A DNA stretch of 64,000 nt, taken from NCBI GenBank assembly GCA_000246735.1, contig CM001443.1:1176777-1240776 (forward strand), in the 5' to 3' direction. This DNA comes from an uncultured Candidatus Poseidoniales archaeon. Its GTDB lineage: Archaea > Thermoplasmatota > Poseidoniia > Poseidoniales > Poseidoniaceae. Of the stretch, positions 41,691 to 51,994 are shown one piece after another. A program made the translations under genes and the position numbers. Positions within the stretch are counted from its first letter, which is position 1. The number at the start of each line of letters is the position of its first letter. The notes beneath the pieces were generated by a model. It did not search any database, was not told the DNA's origin, and saw only the letters and a program-made list of their open reading frames with translations.

Positions 41691-43226
41691 ATGCCTGAGG
41701 TGAGCGATTGGACCGAACGGCATCGTCCAACCTCAGAACGCCACCTCGAGGGCAATGAAGTCCAACGGCGCAAAATTCGTGCATGGCTTGACGATTGGCA
41801 AAACGGCACGCCGAAAAAGAAAGCAATCCTGTTGGCCGGCCCGCCAGGGGTGGGGAAAACTTCTGTTGCGAGAGCCATTGCTCAAGACCTTGGTTGGAAT
41901 GTCATCGAGTTGAACGCTTCAGATGCTCGCAATGCCGCTGCCATCCGCAAGGCAGCCACTCAAGGGAGCACACACCGGTCGCTTTTCCATGACCCAAGCG
42001 CCAAGAAACAACGAACTTTGATCTTACTTGACGAAGTTGATCACATCTCAGGTGGTTTGCGTGCGGTGAGTCAGGACCGCATTGACAAAGCCATGCAGGG
42101 TGCCGATGAATCTGGAAGGGAAGTCAAACTCCATGGGGACTCAGGTGGGAAGGCAGAACTGCTTCACCTCCTCGCCAACACCAAGCAACCAGTAATTTTG
42201 GCCTGCAATGAAATTATGGGATTATGGGGCAAGGGTTCGACTTGGCGGAACACAAGAGACCGATTCAAACCTCATCTTGAGATTATTACATTTGAACGAG
42301 CGAGCAATGAGGCCCTCCGCCGTATTGCCAAGCGCGTATTGCGTGAGGAAAACCTCGATTTTGATGATGCGGCAGTAAGTGCCCTTGTCACCAGTAACCC
42401 TGGGGATTTACGGGCATTGGTGCGAGATTTGCAAGTGTTGGCCTCGACGGCTCAAGGGTCGATCACGAAAGCGATGGTCGTGGCCCAAGCCGAATCTGGA
42501 CGTCGAGATACGACATTGGAAGTCTTCCCTGGTCTCGATGCACTCTACCGTGAGACGGATGCGCAGAAAGCAGTAGAACTCGGCCGTCTAATTGACAAGC
42601 CTCCAAGCGAATTAATCAACTGGGTTCATTGGAACAACGCTTCGCTCTTTCCTGAAAAAATATCGATTAAGCGTGCCAACCATAGCTTGGCCCTTGCCGC
42701 TCAGATGTTGATGGGTCAGTATCAAAACACAGCCCACAGGTCATGGTATTGGAGCGGCCAACTGGCAAGCCTCTCTGCATCAGTGCCCAATAAAGTCCCG
42801 TTCCGTGATCGAATTTATTCTTCATATCCTGCATTTTTACGCCGTCAGGCTTCGTGGGTGCGTCCGGCAATCGTGAATCGCCTCACTGAATTCTCTGGGG
42901 CTAGCAAGGCAGCAGCTCGCGATGAAATGATGCCACTTTTGGCCGCCATGATCAAAGATTCGCCAAACATAGGTGATTCGACGGAGTTTTCTCTCTCCAT
43001 ACGACTTGGCTTCTCTGGCGAGGAGCACGCTTCGATGGCAGGTTTGCCGCTAAGCCGACGATCCACGAAGGATTTGATTGAAGCCTACAATGAGGAGTTA
43101 GCCGCTTACATGGCAGCCCAAGAAACCCTGCAAAGTGCTCCAATTGAGATCATTGAAGAACCAGTCGTTGAGGATGAAAAAAGCGATGAAGATTCATCAC
43201 CTTCGGGTCAAATGAAGTTGTTCTAA
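41691..43226 (+). CDS. rfcL: Replication factor C large subunit
   Basis: WTERHRPTS (RFC box II), LLAGPPGVGKTS (Walker A), LILLDEVD (Walker B), acidic C-terminal tail. Confidence 0.9.
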   Translation: MPEVSDWTERHRPTSERHLEGNEVQRRKIRAWLDDWQNGTPKKKAILLAGPPGVGKTSVARAIAQDLGWNVIELNASDARNAAAIRKAATQGSTHRSLFHDPSAKKQRTLILLDEVDHISGGLRAVSQDRIDKAMQGADESGREVKLHGDSGGKAELLHLLANTKQPVILACNEIMGLWGKGSTWRNTRDRFKPHLEIITFERASNEALRRIAKRVLREENLDFDDAAVSALVTSNPGDLRALVRDLQVLASTAQGSITKAMVVAQAESGRRDTTLEVFPGLDALYRETDAQKAVELGRLIDKPPSELINWVHWNNASLFPEKISIKRANHSLALAAQMLMGQYQNTAHRSWYWSGQLASLSASVPNKVPFRDRIYSSYPAFLRRQASWVRPAIVNRLTEFSGASKAAARDEMMPLLAAMIKDSPNIGDSTEFSLSIRLGFSGEEHASMAGLPLSRRSTKDLIEAYNEELAAYMAAQETLQSAPIEIIEEPVVEDEKSDEDSSPSGQMKLF

Positions 43227-43228
43227 AT

Positions 43229-44866
43229 CTATGATTTGTCATCATCATCCATGATACGACGGAACAATGCAATCGCAGCCCGGTCGGATTGAACTTTTTC
43301 TTCCCTTCGCCATGTGTGAGGATGCATCAAAATGACGGCCGTGAGTAATTCCAGCCGGCCAAACCACATCAAAATGGAGGTGATGATGAGGGCGCCAGAG
43401 TTCATTCCCGCCCATGTATTTGATGGGCCATAGAAATCACCAATTGCAGGACCGGTGTTGCCAAGCGATGACGCAACCACCGTCGTTACTGTTTCGAAAT
43501 CAGTATTCGGCATGAAGATTGAAAGGATGATGCTTGAGATTCCAAACAAACCGACCCAAACAAACAGCATACCAACGATGAGGCCAATTTGATTTCGTTC
43601 GACGACTTCACCATTAATGCGAATTCGTTCAATTTTTCTTGGTTGGGCAATTCGGACCAACTCACGCATTGCCACCTTGAATGCAAGCGTGACGCGGAGT
43701 AGTTTGAGGCCACCACCAGTTGAACCGGCACTTGCACCGACAATCATCAAGATGAAGATCAAAAGGTGTGTTGCTAAAGGCCAAGACGGATCCATGTAAT
43801 CCGCAGAGCCAAAACCAGTCGAAGTTCCTATAGAAACGACTTGGAAGAGGCTGTCCCTCAATGCCTTACCGACGGAAGTCCCCGAACCAATTAACGCTCC
43901 AGCCACCGCCAACACGATGACGATAATGTAGATCGTATAGTACCGAAACTCTTCATCGCGCAAGGCTTTCTTCGAATCCCCCTCCCAAAACATCCACAAT
44001 AATGTAAAGTTCACACCAGCGATGAACATGAACACGACCACAATCATTTCGACAAGGACTGAATCGTAGTAACCAATGCTTGCGTCATGTGTTGAGAAAC
44101 CACCCGTTGGCAATGTTGTCAGTGAGTGATTGATCGAATCGAAGAGGTCCATCGAACCAGTTCCAAACAGGAGAACGAATTCAGCAAATGTAAGAATAAT
44201 GTACAATGTCCAAAGAGCGATTGCTGTTTGTTTGAGTTTGGGCCGCAACCTCGATAATGATGGTCCAGTGAGTTCAGCACGTGCCAGTGCCATTCCCCCG
44301 CCAATAACGCGTGAAAGAATCATCATGCCCAGCATGATGATACCCATTCCACCAAACCACTGCGTCAGTGAACGCCAGAGTAAAAGGCCTCTTGGTTGAC
44401 TGTTGATGCAGTCCTCAGTCACACCAGGAATACAGTTTGGACTCATGTTGTGTGATATGACGGTTGCACCCGTGGTTGTGAAACCAGACATTGATTCAAA
44501 CCATGCATTGACAGCGCCTCTCGCCATGTCGATCAATGCTACATCCGGGGTAAAGGGGCCATTGAAAACGCCACCTAACCAAAATGGGAGGGAACCAATT
44601 GAAACAGCAATCGGCCACACGAGCGCCACACCCGCAAAGGCTTCCTTGTCGCGCAGTCGCTCGCTTGTGTTCGTTCTCGTACCAAAACTTAGCATTACGA
44701 TTCCGACAAAGGAAGAAATGAATGCGGGCAAAGCAAACGCTTTGAGCGCAAGCTCGACGGAATCCAACCAACCAGTGATGAGACCACAGGCAGCGAGCGG
44801 CAACGCTAACGCAATGAGGGTCCATCCAAGGATAAGGTAGAGCACGTCTGAGCGCATGGCCATCAC
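43229..44866 (-). CDS. trkH: Trk-type K+ uptake system, membrane subunit TrkH
   Basis: 545-aa polytopic protein with repeated pore-loop segments (SGFTTTGATV, PTGGFST, STGFGSA, LGNTGPAIG). ATGA overlap with trkA. Confidence 0.9.
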   Translation of the reverse strand: MMAMRSDVLYLILGWTLIALALPLAACGLITGWLDSVELALKAFALPAFISSFVGIVMLSFGTRTNTSERLRDKEAFAGVALVWPIAVSIGSLPFWLGGVFNGPFTPDVALIDMARGAVNAWFESMSGFTTTGATVISHNMSPNCIPGVTEDCINSQPRGLLLWRSLTQWFGGMGIIMLGMMILSRVIGGGMALARAELTGPSLSRLRPKLKQTAIALWTLYIILTFAEFVLLFGTGSMDLFDSINHSLTTLPTGGFSTHDASIGYYDSVLVEMIVVVFMFIAGVNFTLLWMFWEGDSKKALRDEEFRYYTIYIIVIVLAVAGALIGSGTSVGKALRDSLFQVVSIGTSTGFGSADYMDPSWPLATHLLIFILMIVGASAGSTGGGLKLLRVTLAFKVAMRELVRIAQPRKIERIRINGEVVERNQIGLIVGMLFVWVGLFGISSIILSIFMPNTDFETVTTVVASSLGNTGPAIGDFYGPSNTWAGMNSGALIITSILMWFGRLELLTAVILMHPHTWRREEKVQSDRAAIALFRRIMDDDDKS

Positions 44867-46281
44867 ACCCTGAATCTCTTTTCGATGTCAGAAATCCGAT
44901 CTGGACTGCAGAAGATAATCAAACGATCTCCGTTGAGCAATGTTTTGTCTGGTGAGGGGCGCAGTGATTCCCAGTTGCCTGAGGTGTTTCTGCGCTGGAT
45001 GAATGCAATGCGCAACCATTCTGGGAAACTGGCTTCATTGATTCGTTTTCCTGAAAATTTAGCACGCTCGTTCACTTCCATGCTGACCCCAACAATGTTT
45101 GGGATGTTCGTCAAGAGCGCATACGCGCCAGCGGTCTTTGTGTGAATCTGTGCAAGCATGTTATCGACTGCGACTCGCTTTCGATCGACTGCGAATGTGA
45201 TCCCCATCCGCTGGGTCACTTTGACCAAATCTGCATCATAAAGCAGGAGTCCAGTTCGTTGAACGCCCATGTCGCTTGCCAACAGAGCAGCAGCAATGCT
45301 CGCAAGGTCGTCGGTCAATGCAGCGATGGCAATATGGTGGTCAGGGATACCAATTTCAGTCAGGATGTCTCGATCAAGGTGGTCGCCGTGAATAACTTCG
45401 AGGTTGGGGTGGGCTCCAGTGGCTGAACCAGAAAGTTCGTTGGCCATTTGCAAATCACGTTCGATTACAGTGACTTTGGCTCCTGAGCTGAGCCAATCAT
45501 CTGCAATCCGTCGACCAATTTTGTTCGCTCCGATCACGGCAACCCGTGGACTTACCGGGAAATCTGTGGCGGTGTGTCCAAAAATATTCAAAATTCGATT
45601 GAAACTTGTCAGACCGGTTGTGGCGACTGCGATTCTGTCGTTCGGAACGAGCATAAAATCTCCGTCCGGAACAATGCTCTTTTCACCCTCGCGCTTAAGA
45701 CCGACAATCAATGGCATTCCACCTTCAATTTGTGTTGAAGCTTCACGCAGGGTCTTAAAAACAACATTTTTGGCGTTGCTTGTGACATCTAGCTCAATGA
45801 TGTATGCATCGTGGCCGAACGGAATCACTTCTTCAATTGATGAGGATCTAAGGCCGGAATGCAATCTCTTAATCGCGCCTTCAAGGGGGTTGACCACGTG
45901 GTTAACTTTCGCCCATTCGCTCAAGTGCCCATTGTTTTGTTCTTCGATGAAGTTCATATCCCTGACCCTGCAAATTGAGAGCAATGGGTCTGCATTTTCT
46001 GGTGCCAGTTCTTGATAAGCGTGGTTAGCGAGTGCACACGCGAGAAGGTTTCGCTCGTCAGAATGAGTCGCTGCAACGAACACTGAGGATTGCCCAATGC
46101 CCGCTTCATGCAATTTTTCACGCTTGGTCAAATCACCATGAATAACGAGAACGTCAAGGTTTTGAGCGTTTTTTACAGCGCGTGAATCAGAGTCAACAAG
46201 CACCACATCGATGTCTTCAGCTCGCAATGCCTTCGCAAGGTCTGTTCCAACTCGTCCAGCGCCACCAATAATAATTCTCAT
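44863..46281 (-). CDS. trkA: Trk system NAD-binding subunit TrkA (two RCK/KTN modules)
   Basis: MRIIIGGAGRVGTDLAKAL and a second Rossmann VAVIGANKIGRRIADDW. Start moved to ATG 46281. Confidence 0.9.
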   Translation of the reverse strand: MRIIIGGAGRVGTDLAKALRAEDIDVVLVDSDSRAVKNAQNLDVLVIHGDLTKREKLHEAGIGQSSVFVAATHSDERNLLACALANHAYQELAPENADPLLSICRVRDMNFIEEQNNGHLSEWAKVNHVVNPLEGAIKRLHSGLRSSSIEEVIPFGHDAYIIELDVTSNAKNVVFKTLREASTQIEGGMPLIVGLKREGEKSIVPDGDFMLVPNDRIAVATTGLTSFNRILNIFGHTATDFPVSPRVAVIGANKIGRRIADDWLSSGAKVTVIERDLQMANELSGSATGAHPNLEVIHGDHLDRDILTEIGIPDHHIAIAALTDDLASIAAALLASDMGVQRTGLLLYDADLVKVTQRMGITFAVDRKRVAVDNMLAQIHTKTAGAYALLTNIPNIVGVSMEVNERAKFSGKRINEASFPEWLRIAFIQRRNTSGNWESLRPSPDKTLLNGDRLIIFCSPDRISDIEKRFRV

Positions 46282-46286
46282 GATTT

Positions 46287-47885
46287 TCACCCGAGGTTTT
46301 CTGCCAACATTGGCACCTTGAATTCGCCGCCGTTCACATCGACATCCCCAACAGTCGACCAAACTGGAATCGAACGGTCAGTGCCTGATGTGAGTTGTTG
46401 GACAGGACTGTAGTATGCCTTGAGGAGGTCACCTGTTGGATCTGGTTGCTCGATCCAAGCGATGTAAGCTGTTGGAGTGTGAAGGAGCCACTTGTTGTTC
46501 ACTACATCCACTTGTCCTTGTACAAAGCATGTGGACAACTCAATGCCCTTCGCTTCGCAATATTCATCGCTCAGTGGGAGTTCAATGTAGCCCCATGCAT
46601 GTGCTTCCCAAACTTGGTACTTGCTGTCTGTGAGCGCCCCAAAGGCATACCATCCGGGCAAATTCTGTACTCGCAGCAATGAAAGGTATGCGTTTGTTTG
46701 CTCGTCGCAATCTCCAGTGCCTGCAGCGAGGCATTCCGGCCCACTTCGCGCAACCATTGGTGCATTTTTGTCATAGGTGGCATGCTCATGAAGGTAGTCA
46801 AAGGCTGCCCGTGCGTACCCGTACGCATTGTCACTCTCGCCTTCTGGAAGCGTCTGGAGGATTTGGTTTGCTACTTCATTCACCACTTCATGTTGAGCGT
46901 TGATCGCCCACCCGCCAAGGGAACGACTATCGAGAACTGAGCTTGTCCCTCGGTCATACCACTTTGTGGTTCGATATTGTTGAGCGTCACCGAATGAGTT
47001 ACGAAGAGAGACGTCATCAAATGTTCCACTGTTCGACATGCTGATGCCTGTATCGATGCCGTTGACTCGAGAATCGACTCGGTCACTGTTATCCCACCAC
47101 GAGTAAGCCGTACTGGTGAGGCTGATGGTGAATTCGTAGGAAGAAGTTTGGTAAGCATCAAGGTTGAATTTGAGGACGACACAGGAACTCAGGGTGCAGA
47201 AGTCACTGCCTTCACCTGAACCGGGCCACCAGATTTCGTGTCCGTTGTTTGTGGTTAATTTTTCCGCTACGGACTTTGTTGGTAGGCCATTCAAAGGAAT
47301 GTTGAACACTTCCCCGCCTTCAATGGTGAGCGTGATTGCTGAAATTTTCTGTACACTCTGGGTGGGCATGGCTAACGAGCCATCCGTAAATGCATAATGG
47401 GTCATCGAATTTGTCAGCGAACGGACATCAGAGGGAATGATGAGGTGTTCCACGAGATATCCGTCACTTTCACCGTTCATCACCTCAATGGTTTTTGAGA
47501 CTGAATAGGTGGTTTCCAGAGGATACAGATGGTAGGGTGCTGCTTGGAGGAGGACCGATTCTTTGACCGCCGCAAACTTTGCGATGGAAGCTTCTTGAAC
47601 GGTTGGTGAAGTGAACACAAAGGCGATGAAAATAACCATCACAATCATGCGAGATTTATTTCTCGTTCGTTTCATTATGTTCTTTGATCGACCGGTATGG
47701 GTTTGAATGACGCCAGGAGCGGTGGGTTTTTTTGTCATTTTGTATGTGCTATCGGCAGAACCGTTGTTGAATTGCTGCTCCAGTGCAAAGGACTTGGAGT
47801 TAAGATTTGCCAGCACGCGACCGCATGAATAGCAAATCGTGTCCCCGGGGAGGGTGACACTTCGGCAATAAGGGCAGGAACCCAT
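46287..47885 (-). CDS. Transglutaminase-like cysteine protease-fold protein with an N-terminal zinc ribbon and one TM helix
   Basis: N-terminal CPYC-x12-CYSC. TM helix MIVMVIFIAFVFTSP. Transglutaminase core GTGDCDEQTNAYLSLLRVQNLPGWYAFG ... WEAHAWGYIE. Its stop lies 5 nt before the trkA start. Confidence 0.8.
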   Translation of the reverse strand: MGSCPYCRSVTLPGDTICYSCGRVLANLNSKSFALEQQFNNGSADSTYKMTKKPTAPGVIQTHTGRSKNIMKRTRNKSRMIVMVIFIAFVFTSPTVQEASIAKFAAVKESVLLQAAPYHLYPLETTYSVSKTIEVMNGESDGYLVEHLIIPSDVRSLTNSMTHYAFTDGSLAMPTQSVQKISAITLTIEGGEVFNIPLNGLPTKSVAEKLTTNNGHEIWWPGSGEGSDFCTLSSCVVLKFNLDAYQTSSYEFTISLTSTAYSWWDNSDRVDSRVNGIDTGISMSNSGTFDDVSLRNSFGDAQQYRTTKWYDRGTSSVLDSRSLGGWAINAQHEVVNEVANQILQTLPEGESDNAYGYARAAFDYLHEHATYDKNAPMVARSGPECLAAGTGDCDEQTNAYLSLLRVQNLPGWYAFGALTDSKYQVWEAHAWGYIELPLSDEYCEAKGIELSTCFVQGQVDVVNNKWLLHTPTAYIAWIEQPDPTGDLLKAYYSPVQQLTSGTDRSIPVWSTVGDVDVNGGEFKVPMLAENLG

Positions 47886-48016
47886 GCTTACAAGGCTGAG
47901 CGGGCGTTGTATAACCGTTGTGTGCGGAAGGCCCCATAAATGCTTAATTCCAAAGAGGCAATAAATTGAACCCTTTTAGAGTTTAGCAGCCTATGTAAGT
48001 AAAGTCTTACTGCAGT

Positions 48017-48778
48017 TTATGATTCGACCGCTTCCATTTCTGCTGCAAGCTTCTCTCTGATTTGCCGCGCCCACATCTTCCTGAGACGCTTTTTCCCTTC
48101 GCTTGGGATGGAATCCCAAATCCATTCCTCTGCTTTTTTGTTGACAAGCATTGCAAACGGTATGATGAAGATCCAAGCAAGGGGGTTGATGACTGCGTAA
48201 GCAAACATCACGAGGTACGCACATCGCCAAAATGTGGAACGCAGAACGGCACCCCAACGCCTTCCTTGAAGCATGAGTTGTCCATGAAAACAGCAGATGA
48301 GTGCTTCTGTGCGGGGTGCGAAAATGGAAAATGCTGCAACGGTGACCCAGAGTGTTGGATCCAAAAGGCTGTCTTGAATCTCAAAAACACGGTAAAGGTG
48401 CACCATCCCGACCATGGCCCCTACGGCCAAACCGAGTGCCCATCCACTGGTAGGTTGGGATGATCCCGAACGCACTCGCTCCCTTCGCAGCAACATGTGC
48501 GCACCTACAGATGCAGCCAAGCATAAAAAGAGCAAATTGATTGGATTTACGACGGCACTCGCATCATCAGCCACGAACTTAAGATAAGGCAAGAGGATGA
48601 AATTATGTGAGGTCGAAGCGTAGATTCCACCAAGCAAAATACCCCAAAACACATTGCTCCAAGCCGTGGGCAAATCATAGAATCCAGAATACTTGGTCAT
48701 GACACCTCGCCAACCAAGCGTCATGCCAATCAACGACGCCACTGCAGCGGCCTGAAACAGAAAGAATGTCGAGGCCAT
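48017..48778 (-). CDS. Hypothetical membrane protein (about 7 TM helices)
   Basis: 253-aa hydrophobic ORF with a basic/acidic C-terminal tail. No family recognised. Confidence 0.55.
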   Translation of the reverse strand: MASTFFLFQAAAVASLIGMTLGWRGVMTKYSGFYDLPTAWSNVFWGILLGGIYASTSHNFILLPYLKFVADDASAVVNPINLLFLCLAASVGAHMLLRRERVRSGSSQPTSGWALGLAVGAMVGMVHLYRVFEIQDSLLDPTLWVTVAAFSIFAPRTEALICCFHGQLMLQGRRWGAVLRSTFWRCAYLVMFAYAVINPLAWIFIIPFAMLVNKKAEEWIWDSIPSEGKKRLRKMWARQIREKLAAEMEAVES

Positions 48779-48867
48779 GATTCTGCGTGAACCCTGCCCT
48801 TCATCAAAGCGTTGCTTGATTTGTTGTGTGGCGTTGGATTCAAAGACCTCGAGGCACAGGCGATGTC

Positions 48868-50127
48868 ATGGCTCGTCTGCTTTTGTTTGGTGGGAAAGGA
48901 GGCGTTGGGAAAACAACCACGTCTGCAGCAACAGCGGTATGGTTGGCAGATGCAGGTCTACGCGTCCTGCTCGTGTCCAGCGATCCAGCCCACTCTACCT
49001 CCGACTCGCTCGATGTGGAAATAGGTTCGGAACCAACGCCAATTGAAGGTGTCCCTGGACTCTTTGGCTTGGAAATGGACCCTGAATCAAAAATTTCCTC
49101 AGTGCTCCCAAAAATGGGTGAGATGATGAATGGGTTGAACGGAAGTGGTGGATTTGGAGGTCTTGGTGGATTAAGCATGATGCTGGATCCAAATGCAAAA
49201 GACGAAATGAACGCCATAAAAGAGGAAGTCAAGGCATCCGACATGGTCATTCCCGGACTCGATGAAGCACTAGCGTTTGATGAACTCCTCCGCCATGTTG
49301 AAGATCCCACTTGGGACGTCATCGTCTTTGATACAGCGCCGACTGGACACACGCTTCGTTTCCTCTCACTTCCTGAACTCATCGAATCTTGGTCAGACAA
49401 AATCATTCGAATGATGCGCGTTTCTGGGGGGCTTCGCTCCATGCTTTTTGGCCGCAAAGAAAGTGATTCGATGAAAGACGAACTGGAACGCTTCCGACGC
49501 AGGGTCCTCCATGTTCGACGTGTGCTCTCGAACGAATCCATCACCTCATTCACGCTTGTGACCATTCCCGAACGAATGGGCATCAATGAAACACTGAGGG
49601 CGCACGCATCGCTCAAGGAATACAATTTACCTGTCCCCAACTGCCTTGTGAATCGGTTAACACCTGAATTTGACCATCCATTTCTTCAAAATCGCCGCTC
49701 TGCAGAATTAGCTCGCGTCGAGGAATTGAAGCAGGAAATGACCGGCGTAAACATCGCCACAATGGAACTCCTGGATGACGAAGTCGTCGGTATCGACTCG
49801 CTTAGAAACGTAGGCAATCGGCTCTATGGAGACGTCAAAGTTCACCCTGCAGACTTGGGTCCTCATGACATCGGTCAAGCCCTTCAACATTCTATACATC
49901 GTGGCATGACAAAGAAAATCGATGGCAAGGTAGAGCGAATTTCACTCCATTACCCCGGGATTGCGAGGGATGAACTTTCGTTGAGAAGCGAAGAAGGTGT
50001 CCTCTATGTTGGCTTGAATGGAAGGGAGCGGGAAGTCGTGACCTCCGTGCCGACAAAAGCAAGCAAAGTCTCGGCCAAACTCGACGGCGATGTGCTTCAC
50101 CTTGACGTCCCCCTCGACCAAGACTGA
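48868..50127 (+). CDS. ArsA/Get3-family ATPase with a C-terminal HSP20-like (ArsA_HSP20) domain
   Basis: P-loop GGKGGVGKTT, SSDPAHSTSD, DTAPTGHTLRFL. A Gly/Met-rich insert reads PKMGEMMNGLNGSGGFGGLGGLSMML. The C-terminal beta-sandwich-like segment reads ERISLHYPGIARDELSLRSEEGVLYVGLNG...AKLDGDVLHLDVP. Start set at ATG 48868. Confidence 0.85.
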   Translation: MARLLLFGGKGGVGKTTTSAATAVWLADAGLRVLLVSSDPAHSTSDSLDVEIGSEPTPIEGVPGLFGLEMDPESKISSVLPKMGEMMNGLNGSGGFGGLGGLSMMLDPNAKDEMNAIKEEVKASDMVIPGLDEALAFDELLRHVEDPTWDVIVFDTAPTGHTLRFLSLPELIESWSDKIIRMMRVSGGLRSMLFGRKESDSMKDELERFRRRVLHVRRVLSNESITSFTLVTIPERMGINETLRAHASLKEYNLPVPNCLVNRLTPEFDHPFLQNRRSAELARVEELKQEMTGVNIATMELLDDEVVGIDSLRNVGNRLYGDVKVHPADLGPHDIGQALQHSIHRGMTKKIDGKVERISLHYPGIARDELSLRSEEGVLYVGLNGREREVVTSVPTKASKVSAKLDGDVLHLDVPLDQD

Positions 50128-50178
50128 TTCATCCACGGGCATGGGTGCATTGAAATGGAAAGGGGGTTACGCTGAGGC

Positions 50179-51549
50179 ATGGCACTCGAAGGTCTCTCCC
50201 GGGGTATTTTCCGGTCCATTGGGTTGCTCAAGAGCAAACGTAAGTTGGACGATGAAGAATTGCGAGAAATGACTCGCAGTCTTCGCCGAGCATTGCAAGA
50301 GGCAGATTTCAACGTCCGCCAGACAAAAGAAATCGTCGAGCGAATGGAATCAAGGCTGAGAGAAGAAGATCCACGGCCTGGTATCACCCTCCAAACACAC
50401 GCAATGAACATCCTCTACACAGAACTGGTCCGACTTCTCGGCCCAGCACATCAATTCCAGCCGCATGGTGCAACACTGTTACTTGTCGGATTGTACGGTC
50501 AAGGAAAAACCACGACCACCGCCAAATTGGCAGAATGGTACCGTCGTAAACACGGGCTTCGTGTGGCAGTGATTGAGGCCGACGTTCACCGTCCGGGTGC
50601 GTATGCACAACTTTCACAATTGCTTGAGGATTCATCAGTTCAAGTCTATGGTGAGCCCGATACAAAGGACGCACCGACAATCGTTCGGAATGGACTGAAA
50701 GCGTGCGCTGCAGCCGACCTTGTAATCGTTGACACAGCAGGCCGTCACCAACTTGATCAGGAACTGGTCGATGAATTGGAACAAATTTCTGGCTTGACTC
50801 GTGCCAACGAACGATGGTTGGTCATCGATGCACAGGTTGGTCAAGCAGCTGGACCCGTTGCAGCATCCTTCCACACACTCGCTGGCGTGACAGGTATCGT
50901 GATCACCAAACTCGACGGTACAGCACGCGGTGGTGGTGCCCTTTCTGCTGTTGCAGCAACCGGCGCGCCAATTGTTCACATCGGTGTAGGAGAAAATATT
51001 GGGGATTTGGAGAAGTTCGAATCCGACCGCTTCATCTCTCGACTCCTTGGCATGGGTGACATTCAGGGTCTCATTGATTTGGCTCCTGAAGACATGGATG
51101 AAGAAGAAGCAATGCGTCTCACACAACGTTTGATGAGCGGACGATTCACGCTTAACGACATGTACAAGCAAATGGAAATGATGTCGAAGGTTGGAACCAT
51201 TGACAAATTAATGTCGTTTCTCCCAGGAAACATGCTCGGCGGCATGGGTGCCATGTCCAAAGGACAAAAAGAAGCCATGCAGGGGAACCTCGATCGTTAC
51301 CGCACCATCATGGACAGCATGACGGCTTGGGAAAAGAATGAACCTGCCAAAATCAAGGCTGACAGGATTCGCCGTGTGGCGCGTGGTGCAGGCGTTCGCG
51401 AAAAGGACGTTCGCGAACTGATTGCTCAGTGGAACCGTTCGCGGAAGATGATGAAGGGCATGGGCGGGAATCGCAAGTTGAATAAGCAAATGCGAAAGAT
51501 GATGAAAGATGGAGAAATGGACCTCGACCCGTCATCCTTCGGCATGTGA
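50179..51549 (+). CDS. srp54: Signal recognition particle protein SRP54
   Basis: N domain, then G domain (GLYGQGKTTTTAKLA, DTAGR, TKLDG), then a Met-rich M domain (MMSKVGTIDKLMSFLPGNMLGGMGAM). Confidence 0.95.
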   Translation: MALEGLSRGIFRSIGLLKSKRKLDDEELREMTRSLRRALQEADFNVRQTKEIVERMESRLREEDPRPGITLQTHAMNILYTELVRLLGPAHQFQPHGATLLLVGLYGQGKTTTTAKLAEWYRRKHGLRVAVIEADVHRPGAYAQLSQLLEDSSVQVYGEPDTKDAPTIVRNGLKACAAADLVIVDTAGRHQLDQELVDELEQISGLTRANERWLVIDAQVGQAAGPVAASFHTLAGVTGIVITKLDGTARGGGALSAVAATGAPIVHIGVGENIGDLEKFESDRFISRLLGMGDIQGLIDLAPEDMDEEEAMRLTQRLMSGRFTLNDMYKQMEMMSKVGTIDKLMSFLPGNMLGGMGAMSKGQKEAMQGNLDRYRTIMDSMTAWEKNEPAKIKADRIRRVARGAGVREKDVRELIAQWNRSRKMMKGMGGNRKLNKQMRKMMKDGEMDLDPSSFGM

Positions 51550-51671
51550 TTTGTAGACCAATGTGTCGAATTTTCTACGTTGCAAGGCCAAATCAGCAAC
51601 ATATTTTCCAAGCATTCACTGTTGTGTTGAAAAAACAGTTGTTCATATACCTCCCGTTCGTTCTTTCCTAC

Positions 51672-51911
51672 ATGAACAGAAATGTTACTGAATCGAAAAT
51701 GAAAGTCACCCTCTTGGGTGCAATTGGATCGATCTTGGGCTTGTTTGCATTATCAACGATTTTGCTTACACAGTCAGCAGCAGTGCTCATACCACTCTTG
51801 TTTGCTCCAGTTGTGTGTGGAATCTTTGGATTGCTCTTGTATGCATCGAAACCAACCCAGGCAAACTCGCCCTTGCTCAACACCCCAGCAACATTCCCAA
51901 TCCGGAACTGA
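51672..51911 (+). CDS. Hypothetical small membrane protein (2 TM helices)
   Basis: MNRNVTESKMKVTLLGAIGSILGLFALSTILL...LIPLLFAPVVCGIFGLLLYA. The start is uncertain and the coding status unproven. Confidence 0.35.
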   Translation: MNRNVTESKMKVTLLGAIGSILGLFALSTILLTQSAAVLIPLLFAPVVCGIFGLLLYASKPTQANSPLLNTPATFPIRN

Positions 51912-51994
51912 AGCAGCTGGGTACGTTTTCAAGGCAACGAAACTGGTCAACGGCTAAATACGACCGGATCTCGATATAGATTCGGTTATCCACT

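Noticed and set aside
47886-48016. 131-nt AT-richer intergenic region, and the 59918-60014 divergent region, examined for C/D-box or other small RNAs
   Set aside because: No C box (RUGAUGA) / D box (CUGA) pairing and no stable conserved-looking structure was seen. These are most simply divergent promoter regions.
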